A DNA stretch of 64,000 bases, taken from a virus. Taxonomy: Duplodnaviria; Caudoviricetes. Shown one piece after another: positions 43,214 through 53,932 of this stretch. Below the pieces are notes generated by a model. It had not been told where the DNA came from. It was given only the letters and a program-made list of their open reading frames with translations, and did no database searches. The position numbers were made by a program, and so were the translations under genes. The number at the start of each line of letters is the position of its first letter. Positions within the stretch are counted from its first letter, which is position 1. The stretch spans positions 1 through 64,000 of IMG/VR virus record IMGVR_UViG_3300025575_000001; one strand, given 5' to 3'.

Positions 43214-44221
43214 ATGTTTGCACAAGGGAGAAATAACTCAAATGTAGACAAAGTATTTGCTATTCCTGAAATAGACATTCTTAATTTCTATTTAGGTATC
43301 AATGAAATACCATGTCTTATAAATTCTCCTCTTAGAGTAGACAACAACCCCTCTTTTGGTATCACAACCACAAATGGGATAAAACTGCACTTTAAAGATT
43401 TTTCAACTCAGGAATCTGGGGGTACTTTTGATTTACTCATGAAGTACCTTCAGCTTCCTTTTGATGAATTAATAGAGAAGATTTATAAAGATATGTCTCC
43501 AGGATACACTCAGAATGGTTCATTTGTAATCCCACATAGAACAAAGGGAAAAATAAGTTACAACAGTAACACTGAACTCAAATGTAAAACCAGAGAATGG
43601 CGTGATTATGATTTAAAGTTTTGGGAAGATTTTGGTATATCTCTACCTTGGTTACAATTTGGTAATGTATACCCTATCTCCCACACAATCATTCACAATC
43701 TTGATACCAATCAAAGATACACATTTGTAGCTGAAAAGTATGCATATGCGTATGTAGAATTTAAGGATGACGTAGAATCTTTAAAAATTTATCAACCTTT
43801 TAGCCAAACACGCAAATGGACCAATAAACATGATTCATCTGTATGGGATTTATGGCAACAATTGCCTGAATCTGGTGAAACTCTTATAATCACCTCTTCT
43901 AGAAAAGACGCTCTATGTATTTGGGAGAACACAGGTATACCTGCTTGTAGTTTCCAAGCCGAGACTGCATTGCCCAAGTTGCACGTGTTAGAAGACATTA
44001 AAAACAGGTTTACTAATGTGTACATTCTATATGACAATGACTTTGACAAAAAAGAAAACTGGGGTGAAACCCTTGGTGCTAAAATGGCAGAGAAATATGG
44101 ACTTACACAATTACATTTACCTATAGGACTTAAGGCTAAAGACCCTAGTGACCTATGCAAAATGTATGGAAGACAAATAATTAATCAAGTAATAACATCA
44201 ATTATTGACAATCATGGCTAA
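43214..44221 (+). CDS. dnaG: DNA primase
   Basis: SPLRVDNNPSF, FKDF, TOPRIM ITSSRKD..YDND, KDPSD. Confidence 0.85.
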   Translation: MFAQGRNNSNVDKVFAIPEIDILNFYLGINEIPCLINSPLRVDNNPSFGITTTNGIKLHFKDFSTQESGGTFDLLMKYLQLPFDELIEKIYKDMSPGYTQNGSFVIPHRTKGKISYNSNTELKCKTREWRDYDLKFWEDFGISLPWLQFGNVYPISHTIIHNLDTNQRYTFVAEKYAYAYVEFKDDVESLKIYQPFSQTRKWTNKHDSSVWDLWQQLPESGETLIITSSRKDALCIWENTGIPACSFQAETALPKLHVLEDIKNRFTNVYILYDNDFDKKENWGETLGAKMAEKYGLTQLHLPIGLKAKDPSDLCKMYGRQIINQVITSIIDNHG

Positions 44222-44444
44222 AACAAGCATGTTCGCTGTATTGGGTAGTAGATACCCAGAATTCAACAATCTATCTACAAATCATTTCAGTGAATTGAAT
44301 CGTATGAATGAAATCTATCCAATTGTTAGGAAACTCCGTGAAGACTATCCGCAAGCATTGAATGATTTTGCTAGCTATCCTTCAGTCTCCTCAAAAGAAT
44401 TGGGACAGAAGATTTTTTCATTCGTGAAGAATAATTTGAATTAA
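44205..44444 (+). CDS. Hypothetical protein
   Basis: Track ORF. Confidence 0.6.
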   Translation: MTIMAKTSMFAVLGSRYPEFNNLSTNHFSELNRMNEIYPIVRKLREDYPQALNDFASYPSVSSKELGQKIFSFVKNNLN

Positions 44445-44508
44445 ACAAAACAAAAATGGGTATGAGGATTAATTTCCTCATTCCCTTTATAAATTTAGAT
44501 AATTAACA

Positions 44509-45517
44509 ATGGAAGAACAACTTGACTTATTTGAAGAATTAAGAGATTTAAAACCTTTTACTATTTCTGAACAATATGATACTCCTGAAAAATACCTCAA
44601 ATATTACTTTGCTAATAAACAACCATCTACAAGATTCTCTGGTGGTGCCCCACAATGTCATGCTGGAGTGTTTAGAAGTTTCTTTGATTTATATTACCTT
44701 ACGAGAGCTAGATTCTCAAATGTGACCTTAGAACAGGTTGCAACAATCCTAATCAATTTATGTGAGGATTATGGTAATTCAAGAGTTAGTGTATTCTACA
44801 ACACAGATGTAGAAAAAGTAGTATTTGGTAACTTTGAAAACACAAACAGAAATAGTAGCCTCATCTTTGATAAGAGTTGCAGAATGTTTGATATTTATGG
44901 AATTGATAATTTGTCTTTTTTAGACATTATATCACTTGCTGGTAAAAAATTAAGAGATTTGATTGCAATACAAACCCTTCCCACTCAACCCTGGGAACAA
45001 ACTAGATAAAATGGCTGAAGAAAAGAAATTATATGTGATTCCTCAAGCAATTGTGGATGATTTATCAAGAATGGTACCCTATGTAGGGGGTGAAGAATTT
45101 ACTGATCCTAGAGAATATCTATTGAATTATTTCAAATTATACTCTCCGGCTACTTATTACAATGATGGAACAATACAATGTAGTTCTGGTAGAAATAGAA
45201 GTTTCCTCGATTTGTACTTCTTAACAAAAGCTCAATTCCCAGAAATCACTCTACAAGAGTTTGCTAAATTGTTTTTCTCATTAGACCAAGAAATTTATGG
45301 TTCTACAAGTGAACATGAATATCATATGTTTATATATTTTTGCACAAATATTCGTAAACCCGTGATTTATACAAATAAAGCAACCTTTAGATACTATTTT
45401 ATTCAAGATAAAGATTGGTTAAAAACCTATCTTTCATATCCTTCAAACGATATATTGCTTTCCCAAATTTTTGATTTAGCTGAATTAGATTATCATCATT
45501 TCGTAAAAAAAGATTAA
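44509..45517 (+). CDS. Two tandem paralogous hypothetical genes (44509-45009; about 45011-45517)
   Basis: QCxxGxxRSFxDLYxLTxAxFxxxTL shared. Confidence 0.75.
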
Positions 45518-45519
45518 TT

Positions 45520-45861
45520 ATGTATATTGGAGTTTATGGAACCCTTAAAACGGGTCAAAGAGCTAATTCAATGTTAGCAACTGGAACATTTATTGGAGAA
45601 TTCAGAACAGAAATCCCATTTCAAATGTATGATTTAGGATCATTTCCTGCACTTGTAAAAACTGAAGAGAATCATCCTATCACATTAGAAGTGTATGAAG
45701 TCAATGATGAACAAACCCTTAAATCCCTTGACAGATACGAAGGATTTCCATCATTGTATCAAAAAAGTACAGTTCAAGTAAAAGAAATGGATGTAACAAT
45801 CTATACAATGAATTCAATGCGTCACGGTGGTGAACTTATGGAATCTGGTAATTGGAAATAA
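45520..45861 (+). CDS. Gamma-glutamylcyclotransferase (AIG2-like)
   Basis: VYGTLK, LGSFPAL, EVYEV, LDRYEG. Confidence 0.9.
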   Translation: MYIGVYGTLKTGQRANSMLATGTFIGEFRTEIPFQMYDLGSFPALVKTEENHPITLEVYEVNDEQTLKSLDRYEGFPSLYQKSTVQVKEMDVTIYTMNSMRHGGELMESGNWK

Positions 45862-45871
45862 ATTAATAATT

Positions 45872-46174
45872 ATGATACTAAAAGCTAAAATTAAATGTCA
45901 AAATGGATTATTTTTTGCTATATTTTCAAATAGAATATATAATGAATATAATGCATATATATTAAATATTCCAAAAAATTTTAAAAATGAGTTTAATAAA
46001 GAATTTGAATTTAAAGTTGTTTCTTATATTAGGCCATCTAAAGGATATTTAAATGCACATATAAAAAGATGTGAGGATATATTTAATCTTATTGGAACGA
46101 ACGGAGATACAACCCAAGAAAAAGAATTATTAAAATATGATTACATACCAAATTTAGTAGAATTAATAAATTAG
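45872..46174 (+). CDS. AT-rich hypothetical protein
   Basis: Track ORF, ends in TAG. Confidence 0.5.
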   Translation: MILKAKIKCQNGLFFAIFSNRIYNEYNAYILNIPKNFKNEFNKEFEFKVVSYIRPSKGYLNAHIKRCEDIFNLIGTNGDTTQEKELLKYDYIPNLVELIN

Positions 46175-46179
46175 AAAAA

Positions 46180-46959
46180 ATGTTTATACAAATAAGAAGT
46201 AAAAATGATACTGCTGCCTCTCTTAGAGGTCAAGTAGTTACTAGAAAAAGAACAGTCTTACGTTTAGGTAGCAGTACCCCCACAGATCAAATCTTTCCTG
46301 AAGGAGTCCGTCGTGGTAAGGAAATCATTGAAATCAACACAGTTGAAGCTTGTCATAACAGTGGTAACAAAATTACAATGAAACAAATGTTTGATGCTGT
46401 TGGAGTGGTTAGTGCTGAATGGGCGCAAATGAGTAATATTCATGGATACGAAGGTGATCCTTGGGAACATTATCCAGCTATAATTAAACACAAAAATTCA
46501 AGTAAAGGTAATGGTATTTTTTATATTGAAAATGAACCTGCCCTTGCTGCATTTATACTAGAACACAATTACAATATTAATGACTACATCATTGAAAAAT
46601 TCTACAACTATGTAAAGGAATACCGTCTCCATGTCACAAAAGATGGTTGCTTCTACACATGTCGTAAAATGCTTAGGGATGATGCTACTGAACGTTGGCA
46701 TCGTCATGACTCCAATTCAGTATGGATTCTCGAAGAGAATGAACTCTTTGCTAAACCAGCAAATTGGGATGAAATAGTTGCAGAATGCGTAAAAGCTATG
46801 ACTTCAGTTGGATTGGACATTAGTGCAATTGATATCAAAGTAAGCAATCACAATCCTGCGAGATTTATCATCCTTGAGACAAATAGTGCCCCTGCCTTGG
46901 CAGAAATCACTACCGTTAAATACATTGACAAATTAAAAGCAATAGTAGATGAATTTTGA
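46180..46959 (+). CDS. ATP-grasp peptide ligase (phiEco32-like)
   Basis: KGNGI, KEYRLHV, AIDI, ILETNSAPAL. Confidence 0.85.
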   Translation: MFIQIRSKNDTAASLRGQVVTRKRTVLRLGSSTPTDQIFPEGVRRGKEIIEINTVEACHNSGNKITMKQMFDAVGVVSAEWAQMSNIHGYEGDPWEHYPAIIKHKNSSKGNGIFYIENEPALAAFILEHNYNINDYIIEKFYNYVKEYRLHVTKDGCFYTCRKMLRDDATERWHRHDSNSVWILEENELFAKPANWDEIVAECVKAMTSVGLDISAIDIKVSNHNPARFIILETNSAPALAEITTVKYIDKLKAIVDEF

Positions 46960-47716
46960 TGACAAAATAGTAATATACCAATATTATAATTATGTTAGTT
47001 ACAAATACAGATTTTTATCTGATAAAGAATTTACAATCATTCCAAGAGCAGCTTGTTTTAGTAAGTTGACATATAATGACTCATATGACCCTAAAGTAGG
47101 TGTTGAAGTGTTAATAGATGCATTTACTGTTCCAAATATGAATGGTTATTGTGCTTTAACAGAAGAAGAACTACTTGCTTGGTTAGCTGAGATTAAACAA
47201 TGGATTGATTATGAGTACACATTAATTAAGGAATCAGATCAATTTGTTATTCAATTAACTACTCATGTTCCTACAGGAGCTTTAAAGATACTTCTAACAT
47301 TAATTAGATTTGCTTTTGAAGCCCCTTTTAGTCTTGCTCTCAAAGAAGCATTTACTGTTGCTAAAAAGGATTATTTCCCTAATACATTAATTCTTCATAG
47401 GTATCAAACTATTCAAAATAGTATTGACTATCCTACCAATACAAATCATTGTTTTTGTACTTATCAACAAATACCTCTTTTAACTATTGATAAATTAAAA
47501 GAAAAAGTTAAAAACTATACAGGTTATGTAAATACCTTTTTTGGTGGAAAAGGCAATTATAATGGTACATTTGTTGATGAACAAATGAATCTCTTTATAC
47601 GACAAAAATTAGTAAATGTTCAATCTGAATTAAGTATGAAAGATGAAGACATTGCTAATAGAGTAAATAACTTATACATTCCCAATTTTAAAGTAACTTA
47701 TGGACAAACAGATTAA
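46949..47716 (+). CDS. Hypothetical protein in amidoligase cluster
   Basis: Track ORF 255 aa. Confidence 0.7.
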   Translation: MNFDDKIVIYQYYNYVSYKYRFLSDKEFTIIPRAACFSKLTYNDSYDPKVGVEVLIDAFTVPNMNGYCALTEEELLAWLAEIKQWIDYEYTLIKESDQFVIQLTTHVPTGALKILLTLIRFAFEAPFSLALKEAFTVAKKDYFPNTLILHRYQTIQNSIDYPTNTNHCFCTYQQIPLLTIDKLKEKVKNYTGYVNTFFGGKGNYNGTFVDEQMNLFIRQKLVNVQSELSMKDEDIANRVNNLYIPNFKVTYGQTD

Positions 47717-47961
47717 AATATATGTAGTGGGTTCATCTAGTGGTTATGCTAGATTTATTCAAAATTCTACACTTGTGAAAGACATGGATCAAGCTGATGT
47801 GATTCTTTTTACCGGAGGTGAAGATGTAGATCCTCATCTCTATGGAGAAAAAACTCATAAATACACATATTGTACTCCTCAACGAGATGCTTATGAAATA
47901 TATGAATATGAACAATCATTGTGTTTTCCTAATACACTTCGCGTTGGAGTTTGTCGTGGGT
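47700..47961 (+). CDS. Class I glutamine amidotransferase (peptidase C26-like), exon 1
   Basis: FTGGEDVDP..RD..E..GVCRG. Confidence 0.88.
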
Positions 47962-48955
47962 TAATTTGATGGCCCACGTTAAACAAGGTGAATTGCTGGA
48001 ACGCTGTAATGCCAATCAGCAGCTAAGCTATTTAGAAATAAATAGAAAGTTCAACGACTAGAAGTAAGACTAAGTTTGGAAGTAAATTCTCCAAATATGT
48101 CGGTAATACTTCCAAGAGCGCCTTGGTTTTTATAAAAATTTATTAATTTTAAAGAATTATTACAAAAAGTTTCAAGTTGATCTAAAGAAGCACAATTTTT
48201 CATTGCATTTGCCATTCTAGATACAACAATAATATTACCTTTAATATACCCCTTATTATTATCAATTCTATCTATAGAAGCGTGTGATGGATCTTGTCCG
48301 CCACTTTCGTGCATATATGTGAGTTTGATTCCCAAATAAGGGCAATATTCTGGAATTTCTAAATCTTGATAGGTTAGATTAAATTCTAATCCTCTTCTTT
48401 TTGACATAAATTTTGTATTTCTAATCATGTATCCTCTTATTCGGTCATGTTGATTTAAATACACCCTTTCTGGCATTTTTGGAAGTAATCCTAAAAGATT
48501 TCGTATTTCTGATAATCTTTGTTCGTACATATTCTTCTTTTTAAATAAAGGATGTTCTTGCAACCAAAGCACTATCTCAGAATTTTTGGTACTATTGTTA
48601 TAAATTTCAGTAAATTCTTCTTTAAAATTAGGATAATTTAATATTTGTTTAATTGTAGAAGCAGAAGGAATATTTAAACCTCTTTTTAATGAGGATATCT
48701 AATCATTATTTACATGATACTCTCTTGCTAATTCTACAACTAATTCTCCTTGCATTAATCTTTTAATAATTTCTTGTTCATTCATAATTTTTAATTTTAT
48801 GTAAAGATACAATAAATTATTGGAATATGCAACAGGTTAAACAAATTACTAATTATTCATAAATAAATTGCTTATAAAAATATGATATAGTCTGAACTAT
48901 AGGGAATAATAACCTATAGAATCTAAGGATAAAGAGCCTTAGAGATAACATAATG
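47962..48955 (+). mobile_element. Group I intron with antisense HNH endonuclease
   Basis: P1 CGTGGGT/GCCCACG with U-G at the splice site. Core motifs GAATTGCTGGAA, AATCAGCAG, GTTCAACGACTA and GATATAGTCTG; terminal G at 48955. Splicing restores CRGSQLL. Confidence 0.9.
48051..48785 (-). CDS. Intron-encoded HNH-type homing endonuclease (antisense), one TAG=Gln, 244 aa
   Basis: ATG 48785 is in frame with track ORF 48051..48572 through TAG 48699-48701; CPYLG..ASIDRIDNNKGYIKGN..ANAMK. Confidence 0.85.
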
Positions 48956-49323
48956 CTCAATTACTAACTGTCTTAAATGGTGGTAAACTTGTGCAAGATG
49001 TCACTAATCATGTTGGTAGAAGTCATCAAGTATTAACCACAGATGGTCAAATACTTGAATGTACATCTACTCATCACCAAATGGCTTATCCATACAACAT
49101 ACCTAAAAAGGACTATGAGATACTTGCTCATACATTTCCAAAATTGTCTAAACACTACGAAGGTAGTGGAATCAATTGGGAAGATCAATTTCAAGAAGTA
49201 GAAGTAATCTATTTCCCAAAAACAAACTCTCTAGGAGTTCAAGGACATCCAGAAATGATGGAGTTAAATTCTCCATTTGTTAACTATATCAATGAATTAA
49301 TAATCACTAAATTAAATAAATAA
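48956..49323 (+). CDS. Class I glutamine amidotransferase, exon 2
   Basis: QLLTVLNGGKLVQDV..STHHQ..GVQGHPE. Confidence 0.88.
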
Positions 49324-50195
49324 TGGCATATACTCTTATAGAACATGTTACTATTGGCACAGATCCTGAATTATTTATTGTAAATACAAAGACTGGTTTA
49401 GTTGTATCTTCAATTGGTCTTATTCCAGGACATAAAAATGATGCCTTCTTACCTGAAGGATTTCAAAAAGGTTTTGGTTTACAGACTGACAATGTATTGG
49501 CTGAATTTAATGTTCCACCAATTCATTTAACTTCAGGAGCAAGTAAAGTATTCAGTACACAAATTACTCAAATGAAAGAGTATATCAAGGATTTTGTAAA
49601 AAAAGTCAATCCTGATTATGACATTCTGTGTAGTGCTTCTGAATTAGTTCCAGATGACCAATTACAAAGTGATGAGGCTAAACAATTTGGATGTGACCCC
49701 GATTACAATGTATACACTCTGAGTCAAAACGAAACTCCTGAAGGGGTTAAAACTAACTTGAGGAGTACTGGTGTTCACATACATGTGGGATACCATGAAA
49801 ACAATCTAACAACCTCTTTAGCTCTGTTAAAAGTTTTAGATTTATATCTTGGAGTACCTTCAGTTTTGATTGATCCTGATACAAGGAGACGTTCTCTCTA
49901 TGGTAAAGCTGGTTGTTTTCGTCTTACTGACTATGGTGTTGAATATAGAGTATTATCTGGTTACTTCATCAAAGATGAAATCACTACTACTTGGGTTCTT
50001 CATCAAACTGCAGCAGCAATTGATTATTACAACAAGTGTCTTCGAGAGTATTCCAGTAATTTCCATACAGAACCATTTGCTATTGATAATTACTTACCAT
50101 CTGAAGAAACTGTATTCAATAGTATCAACAATGGTAATGTTGCATCAGCAAGAAGAATTGTAAAAAAATATCAAATTGCTCTCATAAGAGAATAA
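49323..50195 (+). CDS. phiEco32-like COOH-NH2 ligase type 2
   Basis: IGTDPE, DNVLAEFN, FGCDPD, GVHIHVG, RRSLYGKAG, YGVEYRVLS. Confidence 0.9.
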   Translation: MAYTLIEHVTIGTDPELFIVNTKTGLVVSSIGLIPGHKNDAFLPEGFQKGFGLQTDNVLAEFNVPPIHLTSGASKVFSTQITQMKEYIKDFVKKVNPDYDILCSASELVPDDQLQSDEAKQFGCDPDYNVYTLSQNETPEGVKTNLRSTGVHIHVGYHENNLTTSLALLKVLDLYLGVPSVLIDPDTRRRSLYGKAGCFRLTDYGVEYRVLSGYFIKDEITTTWVLHQTAAAIDYYNKCLREYSSNFHTEPFAIDNYLPSEETVFNSINNGNVASARRIVKKYQIALIRE

Positions 50196-50248
50196 CAGAG
50201 AATTTAAAATTATTCTTTGAATTTTTTAATTAAACACAGATAAAATAA

Positions 50249-51781
50249 ATGTTAAATATAATTTTAAGTTTTTTACTTGCTCATACAATTCTCTTCCTAT
50301 TCCTCAAACCCAAATTAACCAATCTATTTTGTGGACTATTTGGCTATGTAGGAATTGCAAGAAAATTTGATAAAAAGACCTTTTACACACTTGGTTGCAT
50401 TAATGACACCAGAGGAGGAGACTCCTGTGGTGTATTTATTGATGGAGAAGTAGAATATGGGGTTGATAAAGAGAAACTGTTTACCAATTTCTATGAGACT
50501 AGTATATTATTAGAAAATACTAAGGTAGCTAAAATAGCCATAGGCCATTGCAGAAAAGCATCTGTTGGTGCAGTAGGAGTTACTACAGCTCAACCAGTTG
50601 TAATTAAAAACAAAGAAACTAAGGAAACTGAGTTTGTTTTGATTCACAATGGCACTCTTTTAAATCATAAAGCTCTAGCAAACAAGTATTTAAAGGATAC
50701 TCCTGATACATTCACAGATAGTCAAATTATGGCTTATATCATTTATTTCAAAGGATTTGAAGTATTGACTGAATATGAAGGAGCTGGTGCATTTGTAATG
50801 ATAGACTATAGAAAGAATAGAGAGAATCCTGATGTCTATATGTTTAAAGGAGAATCTCTTCAATTTCATTACTCTAAGGAAACCTGTGAAGAAAGGCCTT
50901 TATATTTTTCTATTGAAGATAGAGGTATTTGGTTTTCTTCAATTGCTCAATTCTTAGATACTACAAGATATGGTGAAGGAGATGTTCGTAATGTAAAATG
51001 TAATCATTTGTATCATATCAAAAGTGGTGTAATCAAATCTCGTACATTTATGGACAGAAGTAAAAGACATCAGTCTGGATCTACTGTTTATAACTACAAT
51101 AGTTACAGTAGTTATGAAAGACCTACTCCAATGCTTCCTATTAGACCAAGTAATCCCCCTGCAAATTATACTGCAGGAGCTAATTCTTCTATATTTGTTT
51201 GTGATGTTTTTACAAAACCTACATTTAATATATCAGGTAAGTTAATATTTGTTGATGGTTTCTATTATATTGATGGTAAAAAAGCACATGGTAAACATGA
51301 ATTGAATGAATATGGTTATACTCCAACTACATATAGAGCTAATATTAAAGATTTTTGGTTCTTTGATGGAGTATTATTGTATAATGAAACCTGTTTTGAC
51401 ATAGTATGTGGATTACAGGACAAATTTCAATTTGAAGATATCACTGGCTATGTAGACAGTTTTCCAGAAACAGTTTATTGTTACAGTCCTCAAGTATACT
51501 TTGACACAAATGATAAGAAATTTGTTAAATGGGAAAAGAATTTGAGTTCACAATTCACTGGTAAAATGGGTATTATTTTAGATCAAGATGATACTGAATA
51601 CAATTTTACTAATGGTGTTTTGAAAACAAAGACTACTTATACATATTGTGTAAATAAAAGACAAATAATTGTATTTGAAGAGAAAGCAAAAGAATTTAAA
51701 ACTCTTGACAAAGATGATGAAATCCTCAGAATGTGTCTCTTACTAAATTGGTTTGATAATGAAAATAAAGATAATAATTAA
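50249..51781 (+). CDS. Class II (Ntn) glutamine amidotransferase
   Basis: CGLFG, RGGDSCG, GHCRKAS, HNGT, TDS. Confidence 0.85.
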   Translation: MLNIILSFLLAHTILFLFLKPKLTNLFCGLFGYVGIARKFDKKTFYTLGCINDTRGGDSCGVFIDGEVEYGVDKEKLFTNFYETSILLENTKVAKIAIGHCRKASVGAVGVTTAQPVVIKNKETKETEFVLIHNGTLLNHKALANKYLKDTPDTFTDSQIMAYIIYFKGFEVLTEYEGAGAFVMIDYRKNRENPDVYMFKGESLQFHYSKETCEERPLYFSIEDRGIWFSSIAQFLDTTRYGEGDVRNVKCNHLYHIKSGVIKSRTFMDRSKRHQSGSTVYNYNSYSSYERPTPMLPIRPSNPPANYTAGANSSIFVCDVFTKPTFNISGKLIFVDGFYYIDGKKAHGKHELNEYGYTPTTYRANIKDFWFFDGVLLYNETCFDIVCGLQDKFQFEDITGYVDSFPETVYCYSPQVYFDTNDKKFVKWEKNLSSQFTGKMGIILDQDDTEYNFTNGVLKTKTTYTYCVNKRQIIVFEEKAKEFKTLDKDDEILRMCLLLNWFDNENKDNN

Positions 51782-51783
51782 AC

Positions 51784-53112
51784 ATGGCTAACGAACAAAC
51801 AGTTTTTGATCACGAATTTCAACGTGAAGTAGTCATTGGATCTCCTGAAGCTAGAGGATTAATTCAAGGTATAATTGGTGTAAGAGGAAGAGTCCATGAT
51901 TTAGGATACTTCACAGTCAATCTTACTAAAAACATCACAGTCCAATTTAGAGGAGGTACTTATAATGCCCTCTCTAAAGACATTTTTGTTGAGAAATTCT
52001 TAGTATTTGACAACAATACAGGTAAATATAGCTACAATGCTGGACAAGACAATATTGTTCAAATTAAAGCATTTGCTACTCATAAAGGTAATGGTCAATT
52101 CCCTTATCACAATATCCGTAGAGAATACAATGCTGAGAATAATTTACAAAAATTTGGTGCTTTGGCTAAACCGTCTCATATAATTAAATCCAATAATAAG
52201 GCTCTTATACCCTTTACATTTGGTTTAGAATATGAAACCTCTTGTGGTTACATTCCAGAAGAAGAATGCTTTAGAACAGGTCTAATTCCTCTTAGAGATG
52301 GTTCTATCACAGGTATTGAATATGCTTCTGTTGTTTTAGATTCTTCTAAAGGAGGATTTGAACTATTAGAAGAACAATTGGAATTATTAAGAAAATATAC
52401 TGAATATGATAAGGAGTGTTCCCTCCATATCCATTTTGGTAATTTTCCAGTAAGTCAAAAAGCTATTGGTGTTTTATATATGCTGGCTGAATCACTTCAG
52501 GCTTGCATGTACCATACAGGACTGCTTCCAAAATATACATTTGATACTAAGGCCTACAAAGCAAGTGGTAAAGATTATTGTAAGCTTTTACCTGCTTATA
52601 ATAGTTTTGAAGGAATCTACAATTTCCTTAGTGGGGGAACACCATTTTTAGGAAGTTTAACTATTCCTCATCCTGGAGATCAACGTCATGAAGCTAAGTG
52701 GAATGTGCATTCTCGTTACTATCAGATTAATCTTATCAACATGTGTTTCTATAACTCTCCTAAGACTGTAGAAATGAGGTTCTTAAGACCTTCTTACAAT
52801 TTTAACAAAATTGTTAATTGGATATTCATCTTTTCAGCTATGTTGCAGTATGCAATTGATTTTGCTAAAAAGAATAAAGGAATGTCTGATGATACAATTT
52901 ATAGAACATTTCATAAAATGTTTCCAGGAGAGCCTAATGATTTCCAAAAAATATTCACAAGTGTATATTCCCCAGAGATTACACAAGAATTGAATACATT
53001 TATGGACAATCTTAGAATCATTGTTAGAAAACAAGGTCAATTAAATGATGGAATTGGTAAATTAGATACATTTGATGATCCAATTATCACTACAAACTGT
53101 CTACAACGATAA
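51784..53112 (+). CDS. Putative amidoligase (Amidoligase_2-like)
   Basis: FGLEYET, RDGSI, E, CSLHIH, RY..IN, TVEMR. Confidence 0.85.
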   Translation: MANEQTVFDHEFQREVVIGSPEARGLIQGIIGVRGRVHDLGYFTVNLTKNITVQFRGGTYNALSKDIFVEKFLVFDNNTGKYSYNAGQDNIVQIKAFATHKGNGQFPYHNIRREYNAENNLQKFGALAKPSHIIKSNNKALIPFTFGLEYETSCGYIPEEECFRTGLIPLRDGSITGIEYASVVLDSSKGGFELLEEQLELLRKYTEYDKECSLHIHFGNFPVSQKAIGVLYMLAESLQACMYHTGLLPKYTFDTKAYKASGKDYCKLLPAYNSFEGIYNFLSGGTPFLGSLTIPHPGDQRHEAKWNVHSRYYQINLINMCFYNSPKTVEMRFLRPSYNFNKIVNWIFIFSAMLQYAIDFAKKNKGMSDDTIYRTFHKMFPGEPNDFQKIFTSVYSPEITQELNTFMDNLRIIVRKQGQLNDGIGKLDTFDDPIITTNCLQR

Positions 53113-53822
53113 TGATTTTAGCTCCTTTCCAGAGATGGAAAAACCTAATAGATGTTAAAGCATTAGGAGACATTCTTTCAATTCTAGAAGTTGCCTACAA
53201 AGTAGTAGGAGTTACTCCAGAAAAGAAAGATGTCTTCAATTGCTTTACTGAATGTCCTTATGATAAACTCAAAGTGGTTATGATTGGTTTAGATCCATAT
53301 CCACAAAGAGGAATAGCTACAGGATTAGCATTTGCAAATAAGGAGGGTACTAAAGAAATTAGTCCCCCCTTGTCTGTTTTAAGAGATGCTCTTTTCAATC
53401 CCCACAATCCACCAATTTGGCCTAATGGAGAAAATATAGAACAATTAAAGAATAATTTTGACATTACCCTCAAATATTGGGCTAATCAAGGAGTACTTCT
53501 TTTAAATTCTGCATTGACTGCTAAAATAAATGCATCTGAATTGCATCTTGATTTGTGGAGACCATTTATAGTAACTCTTTTAACAGAACTCTCTCTTAGA
53601 AACCCTGGAATAGTCTATATTTTATATGGTACTATTGCTAAAAATTTAGGAGTATACATTAATCATACTAATAATCTTGTATTAACATCGGATCATCCTT
53701 CTTATTATTCAAGATACAACAAAGAAATGGATGATGAAGTGTTTATTAGTGCAAACAATTACTTAAAAGAACACTATGGGGAAACAATTGATTGGTATGG
53801 AGTCAGAAATTCCAAAGATTGA
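53112..53822 (+). CDS. ung: Uracil-DNA glycosylase
   Basis: KVVMIGLDPYP, ATGLAF, WANQGVLLLNSALT, HPS. Confidence 0.9.
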   Translation: MILAPFQRWKNLIDVKALGDILSILEVAYKVVGVTPEKKDVFNCFTECPYDKLKVVMIGLDPYPQRGIATGLAFANKEGTKEISPPLSVLRDALFNPHNPPIWPNGENIEQLKNNFDITLKYWANQGVLLLNSALTAKINASELHLDLWRPFIVTLLTELSLRNPGIVYILYGTIAKNLGVYINHTNNLVLTSDHPSYYSRYNKEMDDEVFISANNYLKEHYGETIDWYGVRNSKD

Positions 53823-53932
53823 TGAAAAATTAACTAAAATTAATCCTGATTATCCAATTTTTAAATGTTTAATGGATTATCATAATGATTTTGGAACACA
53901 TCCTGATAATTACAAAGATTTAATGAATTATC

